A stretch of 64,000 bases of DNA from Dimorphilus gyrociliatus (taxonomy: Eukaryota; Animalia; Annelida), in NCBI GenBank assembly GCA_904063045.1, contig CAJFCJ010000028.1, positions 687,230 to 751,229 of the forward strand, given 5' to 3'. The notes under the pieces are model-generated. The model was not told where the DNA came from. It searched no databases and worked only from the letters and a program-made list of their open reading frames with translations. Position numbers and translations under genes: made by a program. Below, one piece after another: positions 40,843-54,500 of this stretch; the first letter of the stretch is position 1, and each line of letters begins with the position of its first letter.

Positions 40843-41461
40843 TATTTCCTAAGTCATTAAAGAAGTTATTCTGTTAGAACCTATTTATTGGGCAAACAAG
40901 ATAGAGACATTATCATTGCTCATAAAATTTAAAAGCAAAATATCGGAAAAAAAGGCACGTTTTTCTTTCTCTTATTCACTTGAAAAATTGATAAAATGAT
41001 CTATATGAATCATGTTTTATTCATATTTTTGCATAGGTTATTCACCAAATTATTGAATTTTATTACTTTTCAATATATATTTTTATTACTTTGCAACTAA
41101 ATCTTCCCTCTAGGTTAATACATAAAAACAAAATACATATATAGAGGTTTTATTCTCTAAATAAAATTGTTAAAATTATCCTTTCGACTCTGTTACCAAT
41201 ATTTAACTTAACTGTATACCATATTACACTTGAAACGTGGTAGAAAACAACAATAATCACGTGAAAATCAATAAAGTATGAATGCGCTTGGCCTGCGTAG
41301 AACAAGATCCAGCCTGCGTCTATCACTATTTGGGATTAATCTCATTAGGTATTGTTCACTTTATTTTTATAAGAAACTATTTTAAGTGTTTCTAACTTTA
41401 AAACCAATAGTTGTTTGTTTAAGGAATATTGTTAATCATTTTGTCAAAAACAAGTTGAACT

Positions 41462-43741
41462 ATGGCGGAAAAATTACAACAATCCGACCCTGAAGTGGAA
41501 AGAAATTGTCAAAAATTAATAAATGTTATGAGAGTGTGTAAAATATCGGAAGCAGACAAAGTAAAAAGAGATTGCTTTAGTGTATTAGAATTATTTTATA
41601 ATAAAAAAACAATTGATGAGAAACGAGCTATTTGCGAAAAATTAGTTGAAGAAGGATGTTCTAAACCTTTGGTTGATTGGTATGATTTGTTGGAAAAGAA
41701 TTTACAAGACAAAAATGCTAAATTGTGTTTCGAAAAGGTTAATAGGATAGTAATAGAATTTTCTTCATCCAGTTTTGGTTTTGGAGTTGCTGTTTTTAAA
41801 GCTGGACTTGTGGATTTTGTATTATCGGTTATGGATAGATTTAAAGAAACCTATAAAAAAGATAAGGTGTATTTTTTATTCAACTGCCATTTTCTTTTTT
41901 ATGCATAATTAAACGCTACACTTTCTTGAAGAGTAATTTTCGTATTTTGATTCAAAACATACATAAATATTATATATAAATAAAGAAAACCTCAATAAAC
42001 AAATGTCAGGATTGCTTAAAACTTTAAACATATCAGGCCTTTATACACAATATTGTAATATATGCATATATATAATTTTATATATTCAGTATGAGGGTTA
42101 TATTATGTTGACTTTATCTATTCACAAAACATTATTAATAATGTATTCATTACTAAACAGTTTCAAGAAAGATCTGTTATGGACTCTTTAGCTATTTTAA
42201 TGCATCTTGCAACAATTGTATCTATACGTGATGGATTGCAAGAAAAGTATTGCGAAAAGAAGGACCTATTCGAGTTTTATAAAGATCCAAAACAAAATAC
42301 AAAAACTACTTCCATTCTAACATTATCAATAATCAGTAGGCTTGCTGATGCATCTAATGAAGACGAAATTAAAGCAGATCATTCAATAATGGATTTCTTT
42401 AAAGAATTAGTTGAGAATGCTATCTCCTCGAAAGATAAAGTTGTCAAACGAAATGACATTGAATTTAGTCTTGAGAATCTTCTATTTACAATGGAGTTAT
42501 TAGCCTACAACGCTGAAAATTCAAAGTATATGCTTAAAAAGAAATTGGGACCGATTATCTTTAAAGCCCTTAAATTCAATAGTCAATTAAAGCGAGAATC
42601 TGAAACTAAATGCTGTCTCTCTACCCTTATGATTTTCTTGGAACTTGTAAATGAATTAGACGAGGGAGAAGTAGTCTTAGGTTGTCCAGGGCTGACTGAT
42701 TTTCTTCTGGAATTAAAGAGTCAAGGTCAAAGTTACGATATCGCCGAACTAATTGATGAAATTTTAGGATCAATCAAATCGTCGTGTGATTACGTTTACG
42801 AATGTAGAGAATTCTTTAATAGTCTAAATATACCTGGTAAGAAAGATATTTTGTTATAACCATATATTCTCAACTATTATACGATACATATACAGTATAT
42901 ATTTATATATACTAATGTATATGTAGTGTATGTATCCTATATTGTATTGGTATAATACAGTATAATAATAGAGTATAAATGAATAATTAATTCTGTTCAA
43001 TAGAGGAATATTTGGACGAGACACATAACGAATGCTATTGTAGCGTTTGCCATAAATCAAGAAAACAACCGGATTTTTATGAGAGGGGAGAGCCGCCTAA
43101 ATTTTATTCCCTTCCTATTGGATGGTATAGATTTGGTCTTAAGGTTCCGGCAAAGACAATTGCTCAAAGAGCTTTTGATAAATGGCATAGAGCCTTTCAC
43201 GGTACTCAAACAGATAGAATTGTTAAAATTCTACAGCACGGTGATTTGCTAATGCCTGGCGATAGAACAGCAGAGGGAGATCAACTGAGAGAGTTGGATG
43301 GGCACTATAACGACAAAACAAAACCGAAAGGTTTTAATACTAAGCAAGTATTTGTATCGCCAACAATAAAATATGCTGGTTTAGATTCATACGCAAAGCC
43401 TTACAAGTTGGTTAAATATAAAACAAAATATATTCGATACTACATCAAAAATTAAAATCGAACAATTTTCAGATGGAAAACAGATGGGAAGAAAGCAAGA
43501 GTCGCCTTTCAGGTTCTCATCCAACCAGATTCTTTCATTGTTGGAAAAGAAACGATAGGAGTAAAGCATCGCTTGGATTCTAAGTAATAAACTTTCTGAC
43601 AACTAATAATAATAATGATTATTAATAATTCATTTTAAAACAATTTTACACAGGTATACTAATAAGGAACTGGAATGGTCAACAGATAGGAGAGGTGTTG
43701 TTATCTTATACGGTATCCTCGTAAAAATCGAAAAGAAGTGA
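41462..43741 (+). CDS. ARM-like helical region fused to a NEURL4-type ADP-ribosyltransferase-fold domain (about 560 aa; exons 41462-41866, 42161-42836, 43004-43406, 43473-43583, 43654-43741)
   Basis: Phase-consistent splicing gives C-terminal CDYVYEC...CYCSVCH...RGEPPKFYSLPIGWYRFGL...WHRAFHGT...VFVSPTIKYAG...RVAFQVLIQPDSF...ELEWST...LYGILVKIE, colinear with the NEURL4 C-terminal domain. The N-terminal ~350 aa are helical and have no NHR repeats. Confidence 0.8.
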
Positions 43742-44293
43742 TAAAGATAAGCTTGACAACTTTCTTTTGACTTTTAGCTGTTATCTTTGAATGATATAAT
43801 TAAAATATGTACCTATGTAATAAAATAATTAAAACTATTAAGGATATTTATGTGAATAAACTGGAAATTTATTTTATATTCATTAATCTCTAATTTGGCA
43901 AGATCTTATAGCGTTTAATCTTTCCTCCTTTAAAATAATGAAAATAGAAAGGTTACTTTTTTCTTTTTCTCTTTACTCTGTTTTTGTTATCTAATGCCCC
44001 TTTTATATATTTTTTTGAGACTTTTAGGTAGAAAATGATGGCAGTTTATTATTAGAATATGAAGATTGTTATTTTCCTGCTCCTCTAATTTATATCTTGT
44101 CTAAGGAATACTTAGATTTTTGGCCTATATTGTAGGAAGAGTGAAGGGTTATTAGAGCTGTGAACCGCATCCTCTTTCCTCTAACCTTTGAGTTCTTACG
44201 GTTGAATACATTCCCTAATTGGAAGTTCTTGTGGTTTTCGTGGTGGTTAAAATGGAACGTGGAAGGGGATAGAAGGGAATAAGGAAGTAAGAA

Positions 44294-44333
44294 AGAGACA
44301 GACAGACAGACAGAGAGAGAGAGAGAGAGAGAG
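44294..44333. repeat. (GACA)n-(GA)n compound microsatellite
   Basis: Direct reading; lies downstream of the Trio stop codon. Confidence 0.85.
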
Positions 44334-44610
44334 AAAATGAGAGCGAGAAGGAGAAATTAAAAGAGAGTAAAGGAGAGGATAAATAATTAAAACAAAGAAA
44401 ATCTTTCGAGTTTTACGTATTAAGATACACTTATGTATTAAACTGCAAAAAGATGTATTATGTAAATCTTATGATATACATATGAACCAATTATACGACC
44501 TGTTTTAAATATCTAATAAAGTGAAAATACAAGGAAAACAGAGTTAATAAAGAGAAAAAGTTATTCGAATGTTCTCCCACAAACCAATAGGTTTACTCTT
44601 GTTTAATTCT

Positions 44611-45591
44611 TCATGATTTCCTAGAATTCTTGGATTTCTTTTCAAGGAATTCAATTATCTTCTTTTTTGGCAAGATAGTTTTCAAATAGGTTTCCGGTTT
44701 AGATTTGATCCAACTATGTTGAAGGCATTCAGCTGTAGAAGGTCTATTCCTATAAGAAATTACGTAATGGTAAATTATGCAGAAGGACGGACGTAGAATA
44801 AATAAACTGATAAAAAATATAAATTTATTAATGAAATATTTACATTGGATCCAATTGAAGGCATTTAGTCCAGAAATCTCTACAGTATTCTGAAACTCCT
44901 AAATCTTCACCCTTCTTTTCCCAATGGCCATAAATTAATGTAAAAGTTAGAGCACCGACACTCCAAACATCATTTTTTAAACTTATCTTGTATTCTTTGA
45001 TTTCCGGTGCCGAGAATTCATCTTTATCGATATGAGCATTAAGATTATCATTGATTTTTTCATTAGAAATTGTTGATAAAGTAAAATCAATTAGCTTTAA
45101 ATTATTCGATTCCAGCAATATATTTTCCGGTCTTATACTTAAGTGTATAATATTTAAATTATGTAAATATCCAAGGGCTTGAAGTAGTTGTTGAATATAA
45201 ATTAACGTATGAAATTCCGTATAGTCTTCTTTACTGTTGCAGATTTCATCAATAAGAGTTTTCCACTTTAAACTAGGATGATAATAAGAAAAATGAAAGT
45301 TGAAGTTATTGTTATTATTATATATAACACTATTTATAGGTTATATTTATTATTACTTTTGCATAACAATTATAAAATAATTGTTCCATTCATATAATCC
45401 ATAGACAGTTGGAAAGTAGTCGTTATGTAATATTTTTAATGTTTCATATTCATTTCGTGCCAATTCATTTGTCCTAAAGATTTTCGCTGAAAAACTTTCA
45501 GAATTCTTACTACACTGCCGTATTTCGGCGAAATTTCCTCTAGAGAGAGTCTTTCCTAATGAATAGCCAAAGAAATTGTTATTTTTTCGAT
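44611..45591 (-). CDS. TRIO: Trio C-terminal kinase-like domain (predicted pseudokinase)
   Basis: G-loop SRGNFA; FSAK lysine kept; catalytic loop HLSIRPEN; DFT; APE; DVWSVG; [13 protein letters not shown]. Confidence 0.85.
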
Positions 45592-48500
45592 CTTGATAGA
45601 TGAATGAAACGTAAACAAGTATTTAATTAAATGTGAAAAAATACAGGTTTATTTAAGCCTACTTTGGATAATTAAGTTAGCAGTGCTTGTAAAACTTCCG
45701 ACCGAATTCGTTGCTGTGCAGGAATATTGACCCATATGATTAGATTTCACATTAAATATCTGCAAAAAGTTAGGGAGGTTTCAGACCAATGGGGTATTAG
45801 TTAAAACAGTGCGTAAAACAGGTCAACAAACGGATAATGTTGCTTCTCCGTCATCTTCTATGTTTATTTTTAGGTTTTCGGAATCCTCTAAAACCTGTTG
45901 GTCTGTACCGAACCACATTAAATTGGGTCTAGGTCGACCACATACTCTGCAGGTGAAAACAGCCGTTGAACCTTCCTCAGCGGTTACATCTTGGAGATGG
46001 GGCGAAAAAACCGGCGCGACCTCGTAGATGCTTTCGGGTTTATTGGTGGGTTTAGGGGGGTGCTCCAAAATGAAGTTGGACTTTTTCTCCCTCCGAAAAC
46101 TGGGACGTTTAAGCTTTAGAGCTTCCGTCCAAGAAAGTTTTGTTTCACCGTCCTGCGGCTTTTTAAAATATGGTTTATCAATCATGATAAAAACTAAAGT
46201 TAATGATTGATATTCGTTGAGAGAAGACACCTAGAAAAGGAATCAATTAACTTACAACAGATAAAGTAAGACTATTATGATCATCTTCGGGCGATCTTCT
46301 TGGCCTAAAGGACGCTCTAAATCCATCGAAAAAAGTCTTCTTCGACTTCGGGCTGGCAGACAGCTTTCGCTCTATTTCCTTCGTGACGACGTCCTCCATA
46401 CTCTCCTTTTTCCTGCTGTTGACGGCTGGACTTGACGCTGCCTTAACTGCATTACTCTGCGGCGTTGAATGTGTCTTCCTCAGTGAATTGCTGCACGACA
46501 AACTTCCGATCTCGGGGGCCGATCTGTCAGAATGCATTCTGGAATTAAACGAATCCGGAATTCTGTGCGGAAAACAAAAAATGCTTCGGTAACATACGTT
46601 GGCGAGTGTTGCAGGGAGACCAGACAACAATGCAGTTCTTTCCTGGACATCTAGGTTAATGCCTTTTGTCTATGTGACAGTAATTTTGTTTGTTTGTTTG
46701 TTTGTTTGTCTAGTATTATGTATTTTTTTTTAATCAACCATCTGATTATCTTATGATATTTATTATTTCAAGCCATATTTAAATAAATTTTATATTTATA
46801 TAAGTTGTTTACATTGTATTAGACATTTTAATTAACCATATTAATGTTAATTTTTCGGTTTAACGTCTTCTTTTTTTACGCTACAAACGGAAAGTAGTAG
46901 CAGGGAAAAAAAGGAATAATTTGGATGGTTGAAGACTTATTATCAGATAAATATTTGAAACAGACTTTTTTCTCTTTGCGGAAAGAAAAGCGATAAAAAA
47001 GAACCAAAAGAGAAAAACGTAAAAACAAAAATTCGTTTTAAGTCAAAGGTGTTTAAAATAAATTCAGTTTGAGGAGGGGAAAGTAGGAGGGTTAGGAAAA
47101 ATGAGAGCGCGAGAAACGGAGAGAATGAAAGTATGCATATGTGTGTATAGGATGGGGGAGGGGAAAGGGAAGGGTTGGTAGAATGAAGGTGATAAAAGAC
47201 TTAGGAGAATTAAAACTAGAGAAATGTATATGAGAGATTGGGGATAATGAAAATGAGAAGATTGGTATATAAGCGATGATACTCTAAAAGGGTAGGAATT
47301 GGGAAAGAGAAGGATAATTTTCCTAAGAAAAAAAATGTGAAAAGATAAAAAAAATTGAAAAAAATTGGTTTTAAAAAATTAGCATTAACCAAGATGGCAA
47401 AAATACGACGATAAAACGAGTGTCGAGTAACTCTGAATCCATATTTTTTTTTTGCAGATTTTGTTTGTTTTGACAAAATTAAAAATAGTTTTCTTTTTTT
47501 TTTTTAAAAAAAAAATTTTAGAAAAAAAAAATACTTGTTCATAGGAAAAAAGGAGGGAATAAAAAATTCTTCTGCCGCCATTTTTTCTCTCAATAAGATA
47601 TGAAACAACATTAAAAAAGAGAGGTTAGTCGAGACGCGGTGCACAAAGAATTGACAAAATAGAATTTCTCAACAACGGAGTATCATTCGTTTGTATTGTC
47701 GCCGACATTGAACACACCCTTCATAAGAATTTTATCATGCAGGGAGAAACGCCTAGTAACATTTTCTCTTACAATGAATTAATTTTTTTTCTACATTATT
47801 CTTCACAAATCGAGAAAAAAAGAAAAAAAAAACAATAGAAAACGAGTATATACAACTAAAGTTATGAATAAATAACCAGCTCTCTTTTTTGCATTGTATG
47901 TACAATTATTCGTTTCGTAATAAACTAAAGCGAATGCATGAGCTTAAACAAGAACTGTATAAACAGTACGGCTCTGTAAAACAGTTTGTCAATACCCGGT
48001 CACTAATAGATGGCGTTATTATTAATAATTTATTTTTATTCCACTACCGCTACAAAAGATGGGTAGTTCTTTTCTTAAATAAATAAATGCACTAGTAGTT
48101 TACTTGTTAACAGTCTCGTTTTTCCAGTTTGCATAAAAAATAGGAAGAAGCAAAGATTTTTGCGAGAAAAATGAGATGTTAAGTAAATCTGTATAGCCAA
48201 AAGAAAAAAAAACTTGTATATACTGTATACATATATACACTTCATGAGTGAAAAGCTGCTAAAGTTCATAGAAATAATACAATTTCGGTTATTCGTATAA
48301 ATAAAAAAAAAAGAAAAAAAGTAGATTATAAGGGAGAATAGTAAAGTTGTTTAAATTACTTTTTCTTCTTTGCAAACTTAAACTCAAAGAGTAGTGAGAA
48401 ATTTTGCGAAACAAGAAAAAAGTAATTCTCAAAATGTTGCTTTTTTCGTTTTTTTTTCTAAAGCTGTACTGTTTATGCATTTCTTGGCATAGATCTAAAA

Positions 48501-51500
48501 AGCCTAAGATAATAATTCGCCCTTCTTGCCAACGTCCTTTTCTGGCAAAGAAAATCAAGTGACGATATACGAGAAGAGGACAAACAACGGAGACGAATCA
48601 CTGTTTTATAGCCTATAACTCACAGTTCTTTGGTTAATTCCTTCTGGTAGGAAATCGGGCATTGTAAAGCGTCTAAGATTCGTTTTTGAACATCCAACAT
48701 CTTGAGAATCTCATTGATCCATAGTTCTTTTACCTGCTCTTTTGACATAGGATCCTCTCCTTCTTTCGTATCTACTCTATCGACGCAACAGACATATTTG
48801 GAATCCGAGCCTGGACTTACATCTTCTAATGTAAAACAAACGGATGGATCTGAGACTGATTGGGCAGCAATTCCTGTTGGGGGTCTAGTCTCCAATTTCA
48901 TATTGTTAGCCTGAAAGGAAATACTGCACTTAAGAACACTTCTGTTAAATTTACGAGAACAAAAAACGTAAGAAAACGGAGAAAAATTAAACAAAATACT
49001 TGTATATTTTAAAAACCACTTTATATAATAAATTAACAAACCTTGACGCTATTGATATAAGTTAACCTCGGAGCTGATAATTTGCTACGTTTATTCTCCG
49101 TTTCAACACTAAATATTACAATTTGCTCAAAAAGGAAGATTTTCAATTCTCTCGTCTTTCCTTGTTCACGTTTATTTGCTACTTTCGAGTTTATTTCATA
49201 AACTTGGAAGAAGCCTTGCAATAGCAATTTACCTTGAGCAGTGATTTTACCCTGAAAATATTAAATCATTGATATTTAAGAACAGTTAAATACTAAAGAT
49301 ATTATAAATAATTAATAAAAGTTATACATCGAATCCTTCAAGTCTTCCTAAAGTCATCATATCGTTTGCTGCTTTTGGTACTACTTTCATAACCTGCAGT
49401 GCTTTATGCAAATTTTCGCTGCGTTCGCCCAGTTTTTCAGTTTGTTTTATAATATCTTTTAATAGCAATTGATATTTCATTATCCTTTGAACGGGCTTGA
49501 TGAGCAAGTCTGTTATTCCTAATCGATGTTTGAGAACTTCCCTCGTTTTCTATTTTTAAAACAAAGTAATGAATATAAAATAGTTGTCATTAAGTTGAAA
49601 ATCAATTCAAATCATATTTCATACAAATTAATTAGACAAGAAAGAGATAAATTTAGTATACAGCTCAAGGTTATTTATTATCCATTTTTTTTCCCTTTTC
49701 AATCATCTCTCTCCCCTATTCCACTATTGTTTTATTGTTATTTATTAAATCAGATAAGTCCTATATAACATTTAATAATGATTATATAATATTTTACTCC
49801 CATGATAAATATTTCGAGAAAGGCGAAAAGAAAGCGTAATTGATCGTTCGATCAAAATCATAACAGCAATCAATCAAGATAACCGAAAAGATCGATTGTG
49901 GTTTTTTTTTCCTTCTACACTTCTCTTTTGTTAATGTCATCTTTCTTCCCTTTTTACAAATTTTTCCCTTCTACTACACGTTTTCTATCTCTACAATCGT
50001 TTTTTGTCGACAATTTTCAACCGATTTCGAATATATTCTATCTACCCTTACTTAATGATCAGTCTCAGAAGGAAACCCTAAAACTGCACGCAGAATCAAA
50101 GACTAGGCGCACAAAATGTAAGTATTTATCCGTCGAAGGAAACAGAATTGAGCCTGCAGCGACGGAATGGTAATTATTCAAGTTAAAGGTTGTTTTTTGC
50201 AACAGTGGCCTACAGGCAACTAGATGGAGAACGAAAGAGGTTATAGTTTATCATATCCTTATCAATAAACCCGTTTATCAGCAAACAAAAAGTATATACA
50301 TAGACAAGGATTAAGAAGTCGGAAGTCGAAAAACTTACGTCAAAATAATCGCTATATTCGGCAACAATATATTCACTTTTCGGCTTATTTTGACAATATT
50401 TTACATAAATTCCATACATTCTCTTTTCCTGTAAAACGAAGAGAATACAATTAATTTTTACTTCTCTTTGAATTGAAAAACACCTACATATTTCACAAAC
50501 ATCCAACCAACTTTTTCGGGATCTTCAATATTCTTTGAGATTTCTTGCAAAAAGGTTCTACAAGATGAAATAACATTTGTTAACCCTAAGTGGAATTGCG
50601 CTATTTTTATACAAACTGCAAATGCCATTCGTATATGTGCTGAATATTGCCGAACACAATTTTATCCTTGCCTTCCATACCTTCGGGCAAAGGATTTTCT
50701 TTCATGTAAACCATGTAGCCTTTCGTCAACTTTTCCAGATCATTTACGTAATCTTTCTCAGTCTCCATCAATTCGTAGAGTATATACCTAATTTAAATAA
50801 AAATACATATATTAGTATATCCTGTAAACTGTTTAAATACAATAAGGAAAATCAAAAGTTGATAATTAATAAAGAAAGAAGCTAAAAATAAGTACAATAA
50901 TTGTACAAATGCAATAAAATTATGTAATTGACACCTAGTCTTATTAGGGTTTTATAGGTTTTCCGTTTTTTATTCAATAAAGTTTAATTAAAACGAAAGA
51001 AAGAATTGTAAAAAGTGTAAATTGCGACATTTTAATTTATTTATGGTCTACTTTATATTTATTCATAACAGGTCAATTCAGAACAGATTTCGAATCTCGA
51101 TGAAGGAAAAATTTTTCAACCGGAAAGAAGTAAATAGAAAGGAGATGTGAGAGTGGCGGAAAGAAAAGAGAGATGGAGGAGAGGAAGACGAACAATTATG
51201 TAAGACATGTATAAGAAATTATCCAGAAAGGAACATATTTAAATATTTAAATATTCTCTTTCAATAGTTTACAAAGAGAATTTCTAATAACTTTAGACAG
51301 GAAATTCGCTCTTTAAGAGTTGAACTTTTTCAAAGGGAAAACTTGTAAAAATATTGATTATTTGATCAGTTAACAACTTTTATAAGTAATAAAATTAGTT
51401 TCCATATAAACGGATAGGTTGTTCCTTTCCTTTTTTTTTATAAAGGTTAATAAGGGAAACTATGTAAATAAATAAAGAGAAATATCGCTATTATACTGAT

Positions 51501-54500
51501 ATATATACTGTATATACAGTATAATAAAAAAAAATAACTAACTTTCTCTTAGTCCTCACTTGCTCCAAACGTTTTGCTTCGGGGTCTTCATCAGCAGCAG
51601 CAGTCTCAGCCCCAGCATCCGGAGTTTCTTCATCTACAACAGGTGTCTCAGGACTTTCCTCTCGCTTCTCTTCAACCTCTTTTTCTGGTGTTTCAACCTT
51701 CTCAACTACTTCCTCTTTGCTTTGAACATCGGTCGTTTCCGTTTCCACTTCTACAGTAAAATTTTCTTCAAATATCTGATCGGGTTTTTCGCCGATATTC
51801 GTTGCTGCTGAAGGATAAGCTGAGATTTCAGGCATAGGAGGAGGTATTTCAACTTCTGTTTCTTCTAATTCTTCATTTGGAACTTCTATTTCATAAAATA
51901 AATAAAAAAGGTATTAAATAGGATAAATACATAGTTGTTTTTTGTTACTGAGAATAATCTAAGTGTACTCTATACATACAATATACATATACTATATATA
52001 TATATGTGTATATACAGTATTATTAATATTCAATCGTATTATGAAGATCTACTTAAATCATTTAGAAAGAACTAGTAGAACAATACATGCTTTAAACAAA
52101 CGAGGGGGTTGAAAGAAAAATAGACTTATTTATGAATGGATAAAATGGGACAGGCTTTAGATTAATGGATTGTTTTCAAGTCACGCTACATTTAGCGGAC
52201 TGAACGATACAATTACAATCTTGCTATATTTGTTAACGGTATTCTACTGAACAAATTAGCTGAATTTTACTCTTTCAACACTAAACAAAACAAAATGACG
52301 ATAGTAGAAAAATAGAGAAATTAGCTAATAAATAAAATATTCTGATATTCTAAAAAACGAAAATGATCAATTTTAATAAGAAACAATAAAGAATATGAAA
52401 AGGAATCTTAAGCAATTTAATACTCAAAGTGAAACTTTCAGCATTAAATAGTATAATATTTATAAATTATGTATAAAAATAGAGATATTTAATCTAATCG
52501 AATGTTGGAAGAATTCAACTACTAGATTAAATGAAAAAAAGAGGAAAAATCCTTAATTCAATTCTTTTGACATTAGTAAAATACAAAACAACGAAGAAAG
52601 TAAGATAGATTTATCATTCTAGAGCTTTTCTATAAATTGGGCTTTTTTATTATGTATATTAATGCCCTACATGGTATAGATCAGTCTAAAAACTATGCAG
52701 TATTTATTGTTATAATATATAGACTACAAAGGCCATATATATGAATTTGTTAAGCAAAATATGGAATTCCTAGCTTTCTATTATTTTTTTATTATCTATT
52801 TCAGCTTAACATCTTTACAGGCTTTTTTCATTGTTTGCTTATAAAGAGAAATTTTTCTGCTCATCTACAGGTAAAACTATCAATATAATATTGTTAGGAA
52901 GCAAGAAAAATGTTCAAGAAACAGAGAAAGGCATCGAGAACAAAAGGAGATTGAGAAAAACACGAATATAACAACTTTTATATAGTGGTTTAAGAAAACA
53001 ATAATAAAAAGAGCATAAAATTGATAGAAACATGATAGTAAATAATTCAGATTTACCTGCAGAAGGAGGTGGTCCTTGAGCAGCAGCTTCATTTCTAGAT
53101 GGCGTTGCAGTTCCATCCTGATTAAAAGATAAATGTTGAAAATTAGACAAATCTAGATGAAATACATATAAAATTTATGCAAAAGAAAACGACCAACACA
53201 CACATATACATATATATATACAGTATATCTATGTATATACTTAAATATATGTAAATTGTATATATATATGTTTATATCAGTCATAGAAGATGCAAAATAA
53301 TATATCTTCTCCGAAATTTCGTTAAAAATGGTAAAAAATAAATGAAGAAATCGTATGTATCTTTTTCATTTAAGTACAATAAATTAGTTTTTACGTTGTT
53401 AGATCGCCAAGAAAGGGGACAAACAAGATTACTTCACAGATGAAGATTCCAACTCCTTGCAAATATACAACGCCCACTTTATTAGAAGGCGAATAGCAAA
53501 ATTACCTTTTCCGCTTCAATTGTTTTCCTCTTTATGCAGAAGCAAACAATTTTGTACAAACAGCATAAACTATCAGCCATCCCTAAGCCTTTTCTACCTT
53601 AGAACAAATCCATCATAAACAATGATACATTCTTAGTTCTAAATATTTAAAAATATAAAGAATAACAATTTCTTTTTTAGCTATTCTTCAATTTCTATAA
53701 ATTTCCTTAAGCTAAATCTCTTAAAAGTCCAAAGAAGCAGCTAAAGAAGAATCATTTAATTCAACTAGAGATTCTTGAATTTTCTTTATAAACACAAAAA
53801 TAGCATTCATACAGGCAAATTTACCATAAATGAAAAAATTACATGAAATTTACTACTTTTACTAATTTATGCGCAGTTTATTTTATACATCACGACTTTT
53901 TCTAGACGTCGCCCAACAACTACGTCAGTCATCAGCGCATTCTTGTGGATTTAATTCAATCCTATCTCCTTCTACAACTCGAAAAGCTAGTCCATATCGC
54001 TTACAATAAAAATAAACAGAATAGCATAGTTTAAAGCCTTTTGATTTTTTTCAAATATCCAATTTTAGAGAGAAATAGGTGTAAAAAAGAGAAAACTGTT
54101 CATTTAATTATACAGAATATAGTACATACAAATTGTAATATATGTATTGATAGGGCTATACCATAGTGAATATTTACATTAAATTTATTACACTATATAA
54201 ATACAATAATGGTCGTAAAATGTATCAGATATAAACTTTATGTATATGTCATTAAGCTCCTTTTAAAAAATATCAAAAAGATATTACTCATAACCTCAAT
54301 AGTGAAATGTACCATTTTCAGTGTAGATATTCTTATTAATAATTAATAAGTCATACGATATTATAAAATAACATTTTGCACAGTTACGTTGAACATGTAG
54401 CGGAATTTTTTTTTTTGATATTAACGTAATTCTAAACAGGAAAGAACCGGTAAAACGAAGGAAGACAATTAATTGTCGTCATAAAACGTTTACCTCTTAT

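Noticed and set aside
48289-48558. 89-aa ORF as an alternative terminal Trio exon
   Set aside because: A phase-compatible acceptor exists at 48541, but the sequence is low-complexity and resembles nothing I recognise.
49898-50230. Plus-strand ORF and donor-like sites inside a Trio DH intron (antisense transcript?)
   Set aside because: No start/acceptor logic or protein similarity; composition is explained by purine and pyrimidine tracts.
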